DNA of 64,000 nt from a virus (Duplodnaviria; Caudoviricetes): the IMG/VR virus record IMGVR_UViG_3300014205_000213, positions 9,152-73,151 of that record; one strand, given 5' to 3'. A model generated the notes under the pieces. It was not told the DNA's origin, searched no databases, and worked only from the letters and a program-made list of their open reading frames with translations. The translations under genes and the position numbers were made by a program. The first letter of the stretch is position 1. Each line of letters begins with the position of its first letter. Shown one piece after another: positions 27,951 to 37,475 of this stretch.

Positions 27951-30055
27951 GCGAATAATGAGGGTAACAATTCATCATAATGGTAAAATGTCATATTCTT
28001 TGAAAGTACATATTCAACAACTGCCTTTAATGTAGCCCATGAAATATTCATCGCATTAGCTGTATCTGCAATCTGGTGACCATGCAATAATAGGATATTA
28101 CCGTTTGCCAACGCATCATCTACCATTGCCTTATACTGATTTAACGTAAAATCTGTATTATCAAATGGGACACTAAGAATAAATTGATTTGTTCCGTCAT
28201 ACCTTGAAAATGGGGATAATGATGATCTCACAAGTGTAATCCCTTCAGCTAATAAAACATTTGTCACGCTTTCAACATGCTGCGAACTTGGATAGCCAAA
28301 TGTTTTTACGTTAATACCAAATTCTGCATTTAGTGCTGCGATATTTGGCGCAACCTTATCATCATAGTATTCCTGTGCCGTTTTTCCTCCGGCAAGATAA
28401 TCAGGAGCCGTGGCTGTATCTATTGAGTGAGAACAGACTGAAGCACCGTTCAGTATATGTTTTTTCAATTCAGCCAAAGACGCTCCTCCGAATGATACGC
28501 CCTCAGCACAAGCGGTGTACTTCATCCCTATTGACTGAAGACCTGGAATCTCTGCATTTAAAGAAACATCAGTATAATCATCGAATGAAATAGCAACTCC
28601 TGCTGTTACTGCTGTGGCTTCTATTCTTCTGCCTATTTTTACCATAAATTTCCTTACAGCTTCCCAGTATAAGATATTGGCAGCATCGGTTATCCCTGCA
28701 CCTACCGAGGAATAGCCTACTGTCCCATTTCCATAAGCAATAGTTGCTCCATTTCTTGACCCTATAAAAATACTGTTAGTGGGTAATGCTCCTGTATCTG
28801 ACCCGGCATTTGATGTTAGCTTCTTCCCATTTTTAAATGATGATAAATAATTAACTGCGGTTCTGCTCCCAACCTGTAACCCTTCTGCTGACGGAATAAA
28901 ATCATAAACCGCATTAATAGCATCAGAATACATAACGGTATTTGTGCGATTGGTCGCATAGATGTAGGAATACATATACACTCCCTTCCCCGTCTGCTGA
29001 CAGCCAATGAGTCCCCTTGTGCCTACCTCTCCTGTGTCACACATATATATAGCAAGATGTGTGTTATCTTCTGTCAGATGAGTTGCAGGCACTAAATGAG
29101 TATCAGCATATTTTGAAGAGTTATTAAGGATATAACCGGCTGAAGTATGATCTCCGGCTGCATCATCGGCAAAAGTCAATCTAAAGGCTGCATCTAAATC
29201 TCTCGGATCAATGAGATTAAATTTTTGTTTTGCTGTGGCGCTTCCTAATAACGGGTAAGAAGCCCTTAAAACAGAACTTGCGGGGGTGTCGAAGTTTATA
29301 AAGTCAGCCTGAGTTGCATTTATAGCTTTCAGATCAGTAACAAACTCACTTACCGCTTCTTTCTCAGTAGCATCACTCAGGCTTGCAGCTGCAATGAAAG
29401 CAAAAGCATTAGTGTCAAATGTATATTTTGAAACCGTATTACTTGCGGTGCTTTCATAGGTACCCTTATAAGCCTTAACATAAAACCAATATTGAGTCGC
29501 TGCCGTTAATCCCGTCACCTGCTTTGTTGCTACTGCTCCAAGTACGGTGCTGTTTTCTGTAAATGTCACCCCGTCTGTTGAAATATATATACGGTGTCCA
29601 TCGTGGTTAGTTGAACCGATATCAAAGTTAAGAGTTGCTGCCGTGTTAGAGTCAACAACTACGGTAAGATTGACGGGTGCGCCGTCGGGAACAAGTGATA
29701 CGGCAATGGATATGGCCGTACAATAACTTGAATAATGAGTACCCTTTATTAGTCTTATCCGGTAATAATAAGTTCCTTCAACCGTGAAATTTTCATCCGT
29801 ATATGTCTCAAGTGTTTTGGTTATCTGAGCAATCTGAGCATAGTCACCCCCGCTTAGTTTCCGCTCAATCAAAATATAATCCCAATCAACAGTCCCATTA
29901 TTTACCCATGTCAGGGTAACATCATCATCAGTCTGCACAAGTGCCAGAGTGGATACAAAACGGCTTAACCAGTAATAATCCCAGTTATAAGCTCCACTAC
30001 TTACAATTGTACCTCTGACATTAAGTCCTACTATGGTCCCTACCACTGCACTCAT
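27947..30055 (-). CDS. FN3-repeat protein with C-terminal polysaccharide deacetylase (CE4/NodB) domain
   Basis: Two FN3-like repeats (LTW...Y.I...Y.YRI; Y.FYVKAY); ISFDD, SHS, FGYP, LLLHGH CE4 motifs. Confidence 0.75.
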   Translation of the reverse strand: MSAVVGTIVGLNVRGTIVSSGAYNWDYYWLSRFVSTLALVQTDDDVTLTWVNNGTVDWDYILIERKLSGGDYAQIAQITKTLETYTDENFTVEGTYYYRIRLIKGTHYSSYCTAISIAVSLVPDGAPVNLTVVVDSNTAATLNFDIGSTNHDGHRIYISTDGVTFTENSTVLGAVATKQVTGLTAATQYWFYVKAYKGTYESTASNTVSKYTFDTNAFAFIAAASLSDATEKEAVSEFVTDLKAINATQADFINFDTPASSVLRASYPLLGSATAKQKFNLIDPRDLDAAFRLTFADDAAGDHTSAGYILNNSSKYADTHLVPATHLTEDNTHLAIYMCDTGEVGTRGLIGCQQTGKGVYMYSYIYATNRTNTVMYSDAINAVYDFIPSAEGLQVGSRTAVNYLSSFKNGKKLTSNAGSDTGALPTNSIFIGSRNGATIAYGNGTVGYSSVGAGITDAANILYWEAVRKFMVKIGRRIEATAVTAGVAISFDDYTDVSLNAEIPGLQSIGMKYTACAEGVSFGGASLAELKKHILNGASVCSHSIDTATAPDYLAGGKTAQEYYDDKVAPNIAALNAEFGINVKTFGYPSSQHVESVTNVLLAEGITLVRSSLSPFSRYDGTNQFILSVPFDNTDFTLNQYKAMVDDALANGNILLLHGHQIADTANAMNISWATLKAVVEYVLSKNMTFYHYDELLPSLFA

Positions 30056-30369
30056 GACGGATCATTTTCTAATGCTGATTTAATACTATATTTTCCATAA
30101 GACGGAGTGTAAACATGATCACTGCCATCCCAAATTTTAGTCTCAAAACTATGATTTCCTATTGGATATAACTTTGAGTCCTCATTCAAAATTTCGTATG
30201 TTATTTCCAATCCGTCAATAACTCCAGTTAATGTATCCACTTCTACCCCATCCTTAGTCATTATGTACAATTTAGCATTATACCCTATAAGGGAATCCAA
30301 TCCCTCAATAGTTTCCACAAGAGTATCCGAATCCCCCTGCTTAAGAGTTAATGTTGTTTGAGTAGACAT
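30052..30369 (-). CDS. Small Ig-like structural protein (BppU N-terminal-like)
   Basis: LKQGDS...Y.FE.KI pattern. Confidence 0.45.
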   Translation of the reverse strand: MSTQTTLTLKQGDSDTLVETIEGLDSLIGYNAKLYIMTKDGVEVDTLTGVIDGLEITYEILNEDSKLYPIGNHSFETKIWDGSDHVYTPSYGKYSIKSALENDPS

Positions 30370-30384
30370 CGTTATAGATTTTGA

Positions 30385-30609
30385 CTATTTACTTTCTTCA
30401 ATCCTCCGTATATTAACAGCCTTTAGGCCCTTTTGTCCGTTTTCAAGTTCAAAACTAACCTGATCATCTTTCTTAACCTTTCCTTTTTCTACAATCCCTG
30501 AAAAATGAAAGAAGTAATCTTTGTCCGCTTTTGCATCTTTAATAAAACCGAAGCCTTTGTTTTCATTAAAAAATTTAACTTTTCCTGTGTTTTTGATTGA
30601 ATTTGCCAT
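30385..30609 (-). CDS. csp: Cold-shock domain protein
   Basis: GKVKFFNENKGFGFI (RNP1), FFHFSGI (RNP2), GLKAVNI. Confidence 0.92.
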   Translation of the reverse strand: MANSIKNTGKVKFFNENKGFGFIKDAKADKDYFFHFSGIVEKGKVKKDDQVSFELENGQKGLKAVNIRRIEESK

Positions 30610-30626
30610 TTTAAATAAATATTAAA

Positions 30627-32156
30627 TTAAGTAATGCGTCTTGGAACCCTCTTATTCACCAACTTACCAAAAGCACCACTGGAGGAGTCTACTTGGTCCT
30701 TATAAGTACTATATGGAAAGAAACGGTGCTCTTCAATAAACTTATGATTCCACTCTGCTGACAACAGTGAAACTGCTCCAACGTTTACCTGTACTGAATA
30801 AGGATCTGCCCTATATGTCTTATCTCCAGTGGGACGTTCTGTCTTAACAACAAACCCTGCAAGATTACGAACAGTACCATCAGCAGAATCTTTTCCACTA
30901 CTCCCCGGTTCTTGTTCAACCCATACAGTGACTCTGCGACCGTCATTTATAGCAGTTTCCTTTATTATAGCTTCCCTCTCGTTCGTGCCCCACCGACCCC
31001 TCTTCACGTCTTCCACTAACCATTGACCATTACTTAACTTGCTCATCTTAACCCCACAGGTGTATGCACCCCCATCTTGGGTTGCAGCCTTATCCCAATA
31101 CCTAAGTGATGCTTTTACATGCTGTAATGGAGGCATGGTTGTCATTATTTGAAAATGATCTACCTTAAACATCCCTCCTCCAGGAGGTGTGGGATCCTGA
31201 CCAACTTGACCAGCATACCCATATTGACCAAGGTCTGCTTCCAAATCGTGTAGGGAATCCCATGTCAACCTATTTACATCAAGTAGGTCATTTTTATAAT
31301 ATTTAATAAGTTCGGGAGGATTCACTTGCTTAGCATAATTTCGAATCTCACCAGGTAAGCAAATGTGTTTTATATTTTTCTTTTGTTTGGCAAGAATATG
31401 ACCAGAAGGATCATCCTGATGTAATCTCTGCATTATAAATATTGTTGGAGTAACCTCTTTGCTGGTTTTACGAGTAGGTAGTGTTTGCTCACACCATCTG
31501 TTTGCAGTTTCCCTATCCTTATCTGAAATAGCCTCTGTTGGATTAAGGGGATCATCAACTATTAATATATCCCCATGAAACCCCATCAATGTACCACCTA
31601 CAGACGTACTATACCTACCTCCACCTGTTATAACCCTACCTTCTCTTCCGGGAATGATTGTCCTTCGTTTGACAACTTTGAAGTTTGACTTGGTGTCTTT
31701 ATCCGGCTTTATGTCTAACTCAGGGTAAAGCTCTTGGAATTGGGCACTGCGTATCAAGTCGCGGCAATACTCAGCGGACTCCATGGATAGTGCTGATGAA
31801 TAGGACGCAGTAATAAATCTCATCCAAAACCATTTGGTCCAACACCAAGCAGGGAACATGATAGAACACGTTATCGTTTTTGTAGTACCGGGTGGTACAT
31901 TTATGATGAGGTCATATTTTTTAGGTTCTCGTTTGGCAACCCTCTCTGCAATTCTCTCCAACTCGTTACATAAATACTCAATATGCCAGTTATGTTGAAA
32001 CTTATGGGGAGAAGTAATGTCCCAGAAATATTGAAGAAAGTGATACAGTGATCGGTTATTTAATTCCCGTACCACTGCCTTTGGATTGCTCAAAGCGGCT
32101 TCAAGAGCCTTTGTCTTTGGCATCCTTGTTCGCACCATTTCAATTGTCTGTGACAT
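30627..32156 (-). CDS. terL: Terminase large subunit
   Basis: INVPPGTTKT Walker A, LIVDDP Walker B, RYWDKA and DQVDSSS nuclease motifs. Confidence 0.93.
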   Translation of the reverse strand: MSQTIEMVRTRMPKTKALEAALSNPKAVVRELNNRSLYHFLQYFWDITSPHKFQHNWHIEYLCNELERIAERVAKREPKKYDLIINVPPGTTKTITCSIMFPAWCWTKWFWMRFITASYSSALSMESAEYCRDLIRSAQFQELYPELDIKPDKDTKSNFKVVKRRTIIPGREGRVITGGGRYSTSVGGTLMGFHGDILIVDDPLNPTEAISDKDRETANRWCEQTLPTRKTSKEVTPTIFIMQRLHQDDPSGHILAKQKKNIKHICLPGEIRNYAKQVNPPELIKYYKNDLLDVNRLTWDSLHDLEADLGQYGYAGQVGQDPTPPGGGMFKVDHFQIMTTMPPLQHVKASLRYWDKAATQDGGAYTCGVKMSKLSNGQWLVEDVKRGRWGTNEREAIIKETAINDGRRVTVWVEQEPGSSGKDSADGTVRNLAGFVVKTERPTGDKTYRADPYSVQVNVGAVSLLSAEWNHKFIEEHRFFPYSTYKDQVDSSSGAFGKLVNKRVPRRIT

Positions 32157-32670
32157 GTGCCTCCAGTTGCTTTAAGCCGAGTTTCTTGACTAACATCAAC
32201 TCTTCAGTGGAAAGTCCTGTTAAGTCAAGTTTCATAATATTAACGTTTGTTTGCATAATTTCTGTCCTCTGAACGTCAGCCCACTTTTCCCTCTGACGTA
32301 AACTGAGCCATTTGTGTGCAGCCCAACTATCTGCAGGGACGTGACGTGTAACTGTTGATGTGAGTGGTTTCCCTTTCACCATTACCGTTCTTTCTTCCTT
32401 GTACGTGTATCCCCTTGCCCTCTTGAAAAATGATGCCGCGATTTCAGCGTCAGCTTTCATCTTCCCTTCGTTCAACATTTCACGGAAACTTTGTTTCGTT
32501 CGCTTCCAGTAATCCAATGTATTAATGTCAATCCCCATGACATCTGCAATCTGCTTATCCGTGGCACCAAGCAATGCAAGTTTGAATGCCTGCAATGGCC
32601 TGTCCTTATTCCATCTTATCACATAATGATTTTTCATATCACTTCCACATTGGTTTGTTACACGTGTCAT
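32140..32670 (-). CDS. terS: Terminase small subunit
   Basis: HTH (ATDKQIADVMGIDINTLDYWKR), KRARGY, overlaps terL. Confidence 0.85.
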   Translation of the reverse strand: MTRVTNQCGSDMKNHYVIRWNKDRPLQAFKLALLGATDKQIADVMGIDINTLDYWKRTKQSFREMLNEGKMKADAEIAASFFKRARGYTYKEERTVMVKGKPLTSTVTRHVPADSWAAHKWLSLRQREKWADVQRTEIMQTNVNIMKLDLTGLSTEELMLVKKLGLKQLEAHVTDN

Positions 32671-35195
32671 CTAATTTTTAAATCTGTTATGACTACTAAG
32701 TTAAATGTTTATTTGGAAACCACAATGTGGAGTACCCAAATATTTTTTTAATGGTCCTCTAAGCCATTGTCAATGAATGACAATGAAATCTAATTTATAT
32801 TCGTTATAAATAAATGTTTACCACTTTTTGTCCTCTTTTCCGTGGTGTATATCAATTTAAGTAATGCCCGTTTCCTGACGCGATTTTTACCGTTTTTTGC
32901 CGTTTTTGTTATATATAGACATCGTTTTTTGTTACCCTTTCCAGTGCATTATGTGAATATGTTGTTTGGAGGTGCATTTTCCCTTCCCAGCCGAATTGAC
33001 TTTTACAAATTTTTGCACAGTACATTGATTTCCGATTTATTTTTGTACGTTGGCCAAGTGTGCCTTCGACAGGCATTTCAGTTCACGGGCGGCGAAACCG
33101 GGGGGCAGGGGCGTGATCTCTTATTACATGTACATTTGTAGGCTTACATGCCTTTGCGTACGTGCACACGCCCTATATCACCCACATCACCGTGATTTAC
33201 ATACCCTATATATGTTAGTAACCTCTAACTATCTTCCAACTATGGAGGGATGCGTATATGTTACCTTTTTGTAATTGATTTTAGCAATACGCCACTACAT
33301 GGCACATTGCGGGGCATGTATTTCCTCGTCATATGTTATAACTAAACTATGCCACAGTTGGCATACGTCCTTGTTATGGAGAGTTGCGTATACTACTTTT
33401 TTGTTATGCCAGTAGCCCTCCATAGTAGGTACACCCCTCCTATTTTAGGCTTACGTCACTGTTTATTGTTGTTTGTCATATCAAAACGCCCCTGTCACAT
33501 GTCGCCCGGGCGCCGCAGTTTTTGGCAGTTTAATATACATTTTGGCAGTTTACCACGTTTTTGATATATGTTTATTACATGTTTAATAACGTTAACAATG
33601 TTTCTGGCAGTTATTTATTTATATCACTTATCGTATTTGACATTTTTAATATGTAACAAGGAAGGCGTTTTATTAGTGTTATTATATGTTAACTTGGATA
33701 GTCATACGCCACAGTCAGCCCGTTATATATCAAATTATCCCTTTTAATAATAAACATTAAAGTCAATTTAAGTGGATAGTTACTTATTAGTTGTTTACAT
33801 TATTATATTTATTGCTATTTCATTTATTGACAGTGGCTTATAACATTGTGTGGCATATAACATGTTTATTGACAGTGACATACATTTATTAGTGGACGTT
33901 TTATTAATTAACTTGTTAGTTGGCAAGTTTATTTTGTTGTGTTTATTAGTGTTTATTAGTTGTTTTGGCGTGTGGCATGTTTATTATGTTGACATACAGT
34001 GGATTAATTATTTGTTGTTTTTTGTTGGAGCATGTAAGTCACAGTTAATTAGTGGAATACGTGGATTATGTGGAAATTTGTTGTTTTGTACAGTTATTAA
34101 GTATAATTTCCACTTGTTTATTTTGTTAGTTACTTTGTTAACATGTAAACAAGCCGATATTGCGGGCGTTGCGATAGTTTATTTGTTGTTTTGTTTGTTA
34201 TTACTGTACATTATATGTATAACACTACAAAATCCCTCATTCTCGCGCAAACGTGTTTATTATTAGTATGCCACATAATATGTTAATTTACAGTGGCTTA
34301 ACTATGCCAATATAATATAACTAAATACTTAATAGTAATTGTATTTCACCTTATAGTGTTATTATACAGTTAATTACAGCCACTTTTTTAGTGTTTTTGG
34401 CTCAAAACTACACTATTAGTTACCGTTTCTCACGTTTTTTGTTTGTGCTCCAGGCGTTTTTTTACCCCTGTAATTAGTTAATTTACAGTTAATTAAAATT
34501 TATTTTACATTTTTATTAAAAATAATTGTAAAATCCCATTGTTAGTCCAAATAATAGTTATAACTTTACGGAGTAAAGTTGGAAATTTACACACGTTTTT
34601 TGAAGTACTGGGATACAATGTTTGTAAAGGGTTGGACAGCAGGGAATTAGGTAGTAAACTGTTAACACAATCCGAACTGAAAATGGCTGTAACCTGTTGG
34701 GAAACACGTAATTAGCCAACAATTTAAGTAACAAACAAGTTAACAAATGTACGTTTTTTGACATTTTGGAGGACTGGGATTTTTTAGTTATTATAATGTA
34801 TGTAGCCATTTATTATAACGTTAACGTGTTAACAAAATATTAAGTTTGGCCATATTATAAACTAAATTATTAACTACCAACAAGTTATATGCCTAACGTG
34901 TAAAATAAAACAACAGTAAAAAATGCCCCAAACCCTGGAAAGTTACTGTTTTTTAGTTACTTACATAATATTATTATATAATAATAATTGTACAGTATCC
35001 ACAAGTCAAGTAAAAGTTTGGAAATTAATTAGTTACAACGGCAAGGGCACAGTAATATATTGTTACAGAACAAATTACAGTATCCGAGAGGATATGTGTA
35101 ATAAACTATTTTGGCGATCAAAATTGTGCCTACAACCCTCCCAATAATGGTGAGGTACTATAATTTTTTATTTACTAATTTAATTTATTTTTATT
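32671..35195. other. Large non-coding divergent control region; candidate genome terminus/packaging and entry region
   Basis: No credible ORF; GC-rich island at 33087-33114; recurring TGGCA/TGCCA and CAGTTAATTA motifs; strong G+T strand skew at about 33840-34250. Confidence 0.6.
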
Positions 35196-35708
35196 ATGGA
35201 AACAACAAATTTAACACCCGCCGAAGGAAACAAAGTTAACGACGCTGAAAACGCTGGAACCCAGGAACTTAAAAGGACAAAACAAACAATTGCACAAACA
35301 AGTGCCAAAGCCAAAAAGTTACTGGAAAAAAGTAAAGCCAAAGCCGAAGCCGAAAAAGGGAAAGCTCCAGTAAAAGGAGCTCCGAAAGGCAAAGAGGACA
35401 AAAAAGCCCCTAAAAAAGAGGACAAAAAGGCTGACAAAAAAGCCCCTAAAAAACCAGTTATAACACTGGCAAGTAAACTGGACACTATTATAACAGCCGG
35501 TGGCAAGTGGGCGGATTTAATAGAGCAGTGTAACAATGCGTCCAAATCCCTTAAATATTCCACTCGATATAGTGTGGGAGGGATTAAAGCCCATATCAAA
35601 TTCCGTACAGTAACACAGAAAAACCCGCAATACCTTGGTAATAAGGAAGTTACTGCCGATGGAATTGTTATTAAAAGGGCTAAAAAAAGTAACAAAAAAG
35701 CCGCATAA
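35196..35708 (+). CDS. Lys/Ala-rich histone-H1-like protein with conserved C-terminal domain
   Basis: KKAPKK repeats; C-domain aligns by eye with the C-domain of 51595..52584. Confidence 0.7.
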   Translation: METTNLTPAEGNKVNDAENAGTQELKRTKQTIAQTSAKAKKLLEKSKAKAEAEKGKAPVKGAPKGKEDKKAPKKEDKKADKKAPKKPVITLASKLDTIITAGGKWADLIEQCNNASKSLKYSTRYSVGGIKAHIKFRTVTQKNPQYLGNKEVTADGIVIKRAKKSNKKAA

Positions 35709-35731
35709 CCTGGTAAGTTACTCAAAATTAG

Positions 35732-35761
35732 GGAGTTGGTCAAAAGCCAACTCCTTTTTTT
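35732..35761 (+). terminator. Intrinsic terminator (loop TCAAAAG)
   Basis: GGAGTTGG/CCAACTCC 8 bp stem plus T7. Confidence 0.85.
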
Positions 35762-35819
35762 GTGGCTATACTTTATTAATATAGTATGTAAACTAATTAT
35801 TAACTAATATTTTTATAAA

Positions 35820-36002
35820 ATGAAAAAATTCGACGTGGAAACCTGGGTAGTATTAGGATCATTAATAATATGGGTCATTATTTCCTTTTTGTTATTTGCC
35901 TGCATACAATTTGACTGGGAAAAAATGGCTGACATATTATTAATCCCATGGGGCTTTATTTGGATGACTCCCTTTGTGTTTATGGTACGTTCCAAAAAGT
36001 AA
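35820..36002 (+). CDS. Small two-TM membrane protein
   Basis: 60 aa, hydrophobic, flanked by terminators. Confidence 0.65.
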   Translation: MKKFDVETWVVLGSLIIWVIISFLLFACIQFDWEKMADILLIPWGFIWMTPFVFMVRSKK

Positions 36003-36007
36003 AAAGT

Positions 36008-36040
36008 AAACTGGATCATCAAAAGTGGTCCAGTTTTTTT
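36008..36040 (+). terminator. Intrinsic terminator (loop TCAAAAG)
   Basis: CTGGATCA/TGGTCCAG stem with one G-U pair, plus T7. Confidence 0.8.
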
Positions 36041-36105
36041 ATGGACTCCTGTATCGAGGCTGGGCTTAATATGTAACTAAATTATAAACTAAAAAACTTA
36101 TAAAA

Positions 36106-36270
36106 ATGGAAAGAAATTTGTCACGGATGTCTCGAGAGGATTTACTTAATGAGTACCTAAAAAGGTTAGGAACTGAAGTAAATCCTAAATTGCCCATTAG
36201 GCTTTATGAAAAGTCTGTTGAAAGAATGAGGGTAAAATTTTACCTTGAGTTTTTAAAAACCAAACTTTAA
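36106..36270 (+). CDS. Small hypothetical protein (54 aa)
   Basis: Read manually (MERNLSRMSRED...); A-rich leader; below the ORF-track cutoff. Confidence 0.55.
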   Translation: MERNLSRMSREDLLNEYLKRLGTEVNPKLPIRLYEKSVERMRVKFYLEFLKTKL

Positions 36271-36287
36271 ACTAAAAAAGTAATATC

Positions 36288-36494
36288 ATGACTATGATTA
36301 CAAACAAAAAAACTATAAGGTTTGTGGAAGTACAGGCACAGGATATTTCAAGGCTTCTCAAAAACTGTATGGAAGCCCTTGAATTAACTATCAATAAAAA
36401 ACTGTACAAGGACAGTGGTGAAATGGAATATTTAGAAATGGCAATAAAAGGCATGGAAGAGTCCAGGGCTAATTTGAAAACTATTTTTGAATAA
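36288..36494 (+). CDS. Hypothetical early protein
   Basis: 68 aa ORF, A-rich leader. Confidence 0.6.
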   Translation: MTMITNKKTIRFVEVQAQDISRLLKNCMEALELTINKKLYKDSGEMEYLEMAIKGMEESRANLKTIFE

Positions 36495-36504
36495 AAAGGA
36501 ATAT

Positions 36505-36567
36505 GCCAATTGTAAATGGTACCTGCTGAAATAATAGGCAGAGGTGGTTCGATTCCACTTATTGGCT
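36505..36567 (+). ncRNA. Minimal/degenerate tRNA-like element
   Basis: Acceptor GCCAAT/ATTGGC, canonical T-arm GGTGG-TTCGATT-CCACT, reduced D-arm containing TGGTA, irregular anticodon arm. Confidence 0.55.
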
Positions 36568-36613
36568 CAACACTAATTAATTTTATTTATAAACAAACTA
36601 AAAAGCCAAAATT

Positions 36614-36928
36614 ATGGACAAATCTGAAAGGATCAAAACAAGGGATGAGATCAAAAAAGAATTGACAGATCTCATCGAAGGACCATACTTCGGTAAAAAG
36701 AATGATTCCTATTTAACTCCGATTGGTAAAAAAGTTACTTTGACAAAATGGATTAAGGAAGAGGTTATCCTTTCAAAAATCTATACTGAAACCAATAGGA
36801 AACCACACCATGAACGATATTACCTTGGTGACTATATTTCAGTTGTGACGGTTGTCAATCAAAGGCGAACGGTTGAAGTAATGAAAGACATGAGAATGGA
36901 ATTGAATCAAACTACAAATACCAAGTAA
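36614..36928 (+). CDS. Hypothetical early protein
   Basis: 104 aa ORF. Confidence 0.6.
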   Translation: MDKSERIKTRDEIKKELTDLIEGPYFGKKNDSYLTPIGKKVTLTKWIKEEVILSKIYTETNRKPHHERYYLGDYISVVTVVNQRRTVEVMKDMRMELNQTTNTK

Positions 36929-37101
36929 AATGAAAGAAATGTTATTTATTTACCGAGTAGGTGGTGTGGCTGGAGGCAATGTCACCTTAAGGGGAGACCT
37001 CTTCCAAATGACTATATTCAACTACGACGGGAGTGTACTCCGATTGGGCTGGTGTATGAACTGAGCCATTAACAGGCAGGTATCAAGGGCTTATTTGTAT
37101 A

Positions 37102-37122
37102 TTGTATAATTTTTTGTATAAT
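37102..37122 (+). promoter_or_regulatory. Tandem TTGTATAAT putative phage promoter boxes
   Basis: Two intergenic copies (37102, 37114); same 9-mer at 42415, 47809, 51534, 62917. Confidence 0.65.
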
Positions 37123-37234
37123 ATATAAGTAAGTCCTTTTTTTTATGACTTGTAACAAACGAATGAAATGAACGACTTGTTTTTTATGTTTAACCCGGGA
37201 GTGAATAAAAAAGCTCCCACAATACCAATTTATC

Positions 37235-37417
37235 ATGACAAACATCAAAATGGTTCGCAAGGACAATGTTTTGACAATCACCGTTGATCTGTCAAAAAAG
37301 GGAACACCATCCTCAACTGGTAAAAGTTTAGTGATAGCCTCAACCAATGGCAACCAGCCAATCGAAGGAGGAGGGGACATCATGGTTGGTGTCAACGTGT
37401 ACAAAAAAGTGAAATAG
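37235..37417 (+). CDS. Small conserved beta-strand protein
   Basis: LTITVDLSKKG..SSTGKSLVIASTNGN motif; own promoter and terminator. Confidence 0.7.
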   Translation: MTNIKMVRKDNVLTITVDLSKKGTPSSTGKSLVIASTNGNQPIEGGGDIMVGVNVYKKVK

Positions 37418-37437
37418 CACACCCGGCTGAACAGGTT

Positions 37438-37475
37438 AAAAGGACGCTCTTTATATGTAAGGGCGTCCTTTTTTT
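37438..37475 (+). terminator. Intrinsic terminator
   Basis: AAAGGACGCTCTT/AAGGGCGTCCTTT stem plus T-run. Confidence 0.85.

Noticed and set aside
33087-33095. GGGCGGCGA matches the first 9 nt of the lambda cohesive end
   Set aside because: Opposite orientation relative to terS and only 9 bp; treated as coincidence, though the area remains a terminus candidate.
33500-34520. Possible CRISPR or mini-array
   Set aside because: Repeats are 10-12 bp, irregularly spaced and lack constant-length unique spacers; no cas genes.
32842-35147. Several 70-138 aa ORFs in the central intergenic region
   Set aside because: Low-complexity composition (Leu/Phe/Cys/Tyr-rich) explained by strand skew; no plausible starts or tiling.
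35180-35743. 187 aa hydrophobic minus-strand ORF
   Set aside because: Antisense of the Lys/Ala-rich gene, which has a proper leader, a terminator and a paralogous domain.
36505-36567. Call as a functional tRNA-Phe(GAA)
   Set aside because: 63 nt, D-stem nearly absent, anticodon arm irregular; kept only as tRNA-like.
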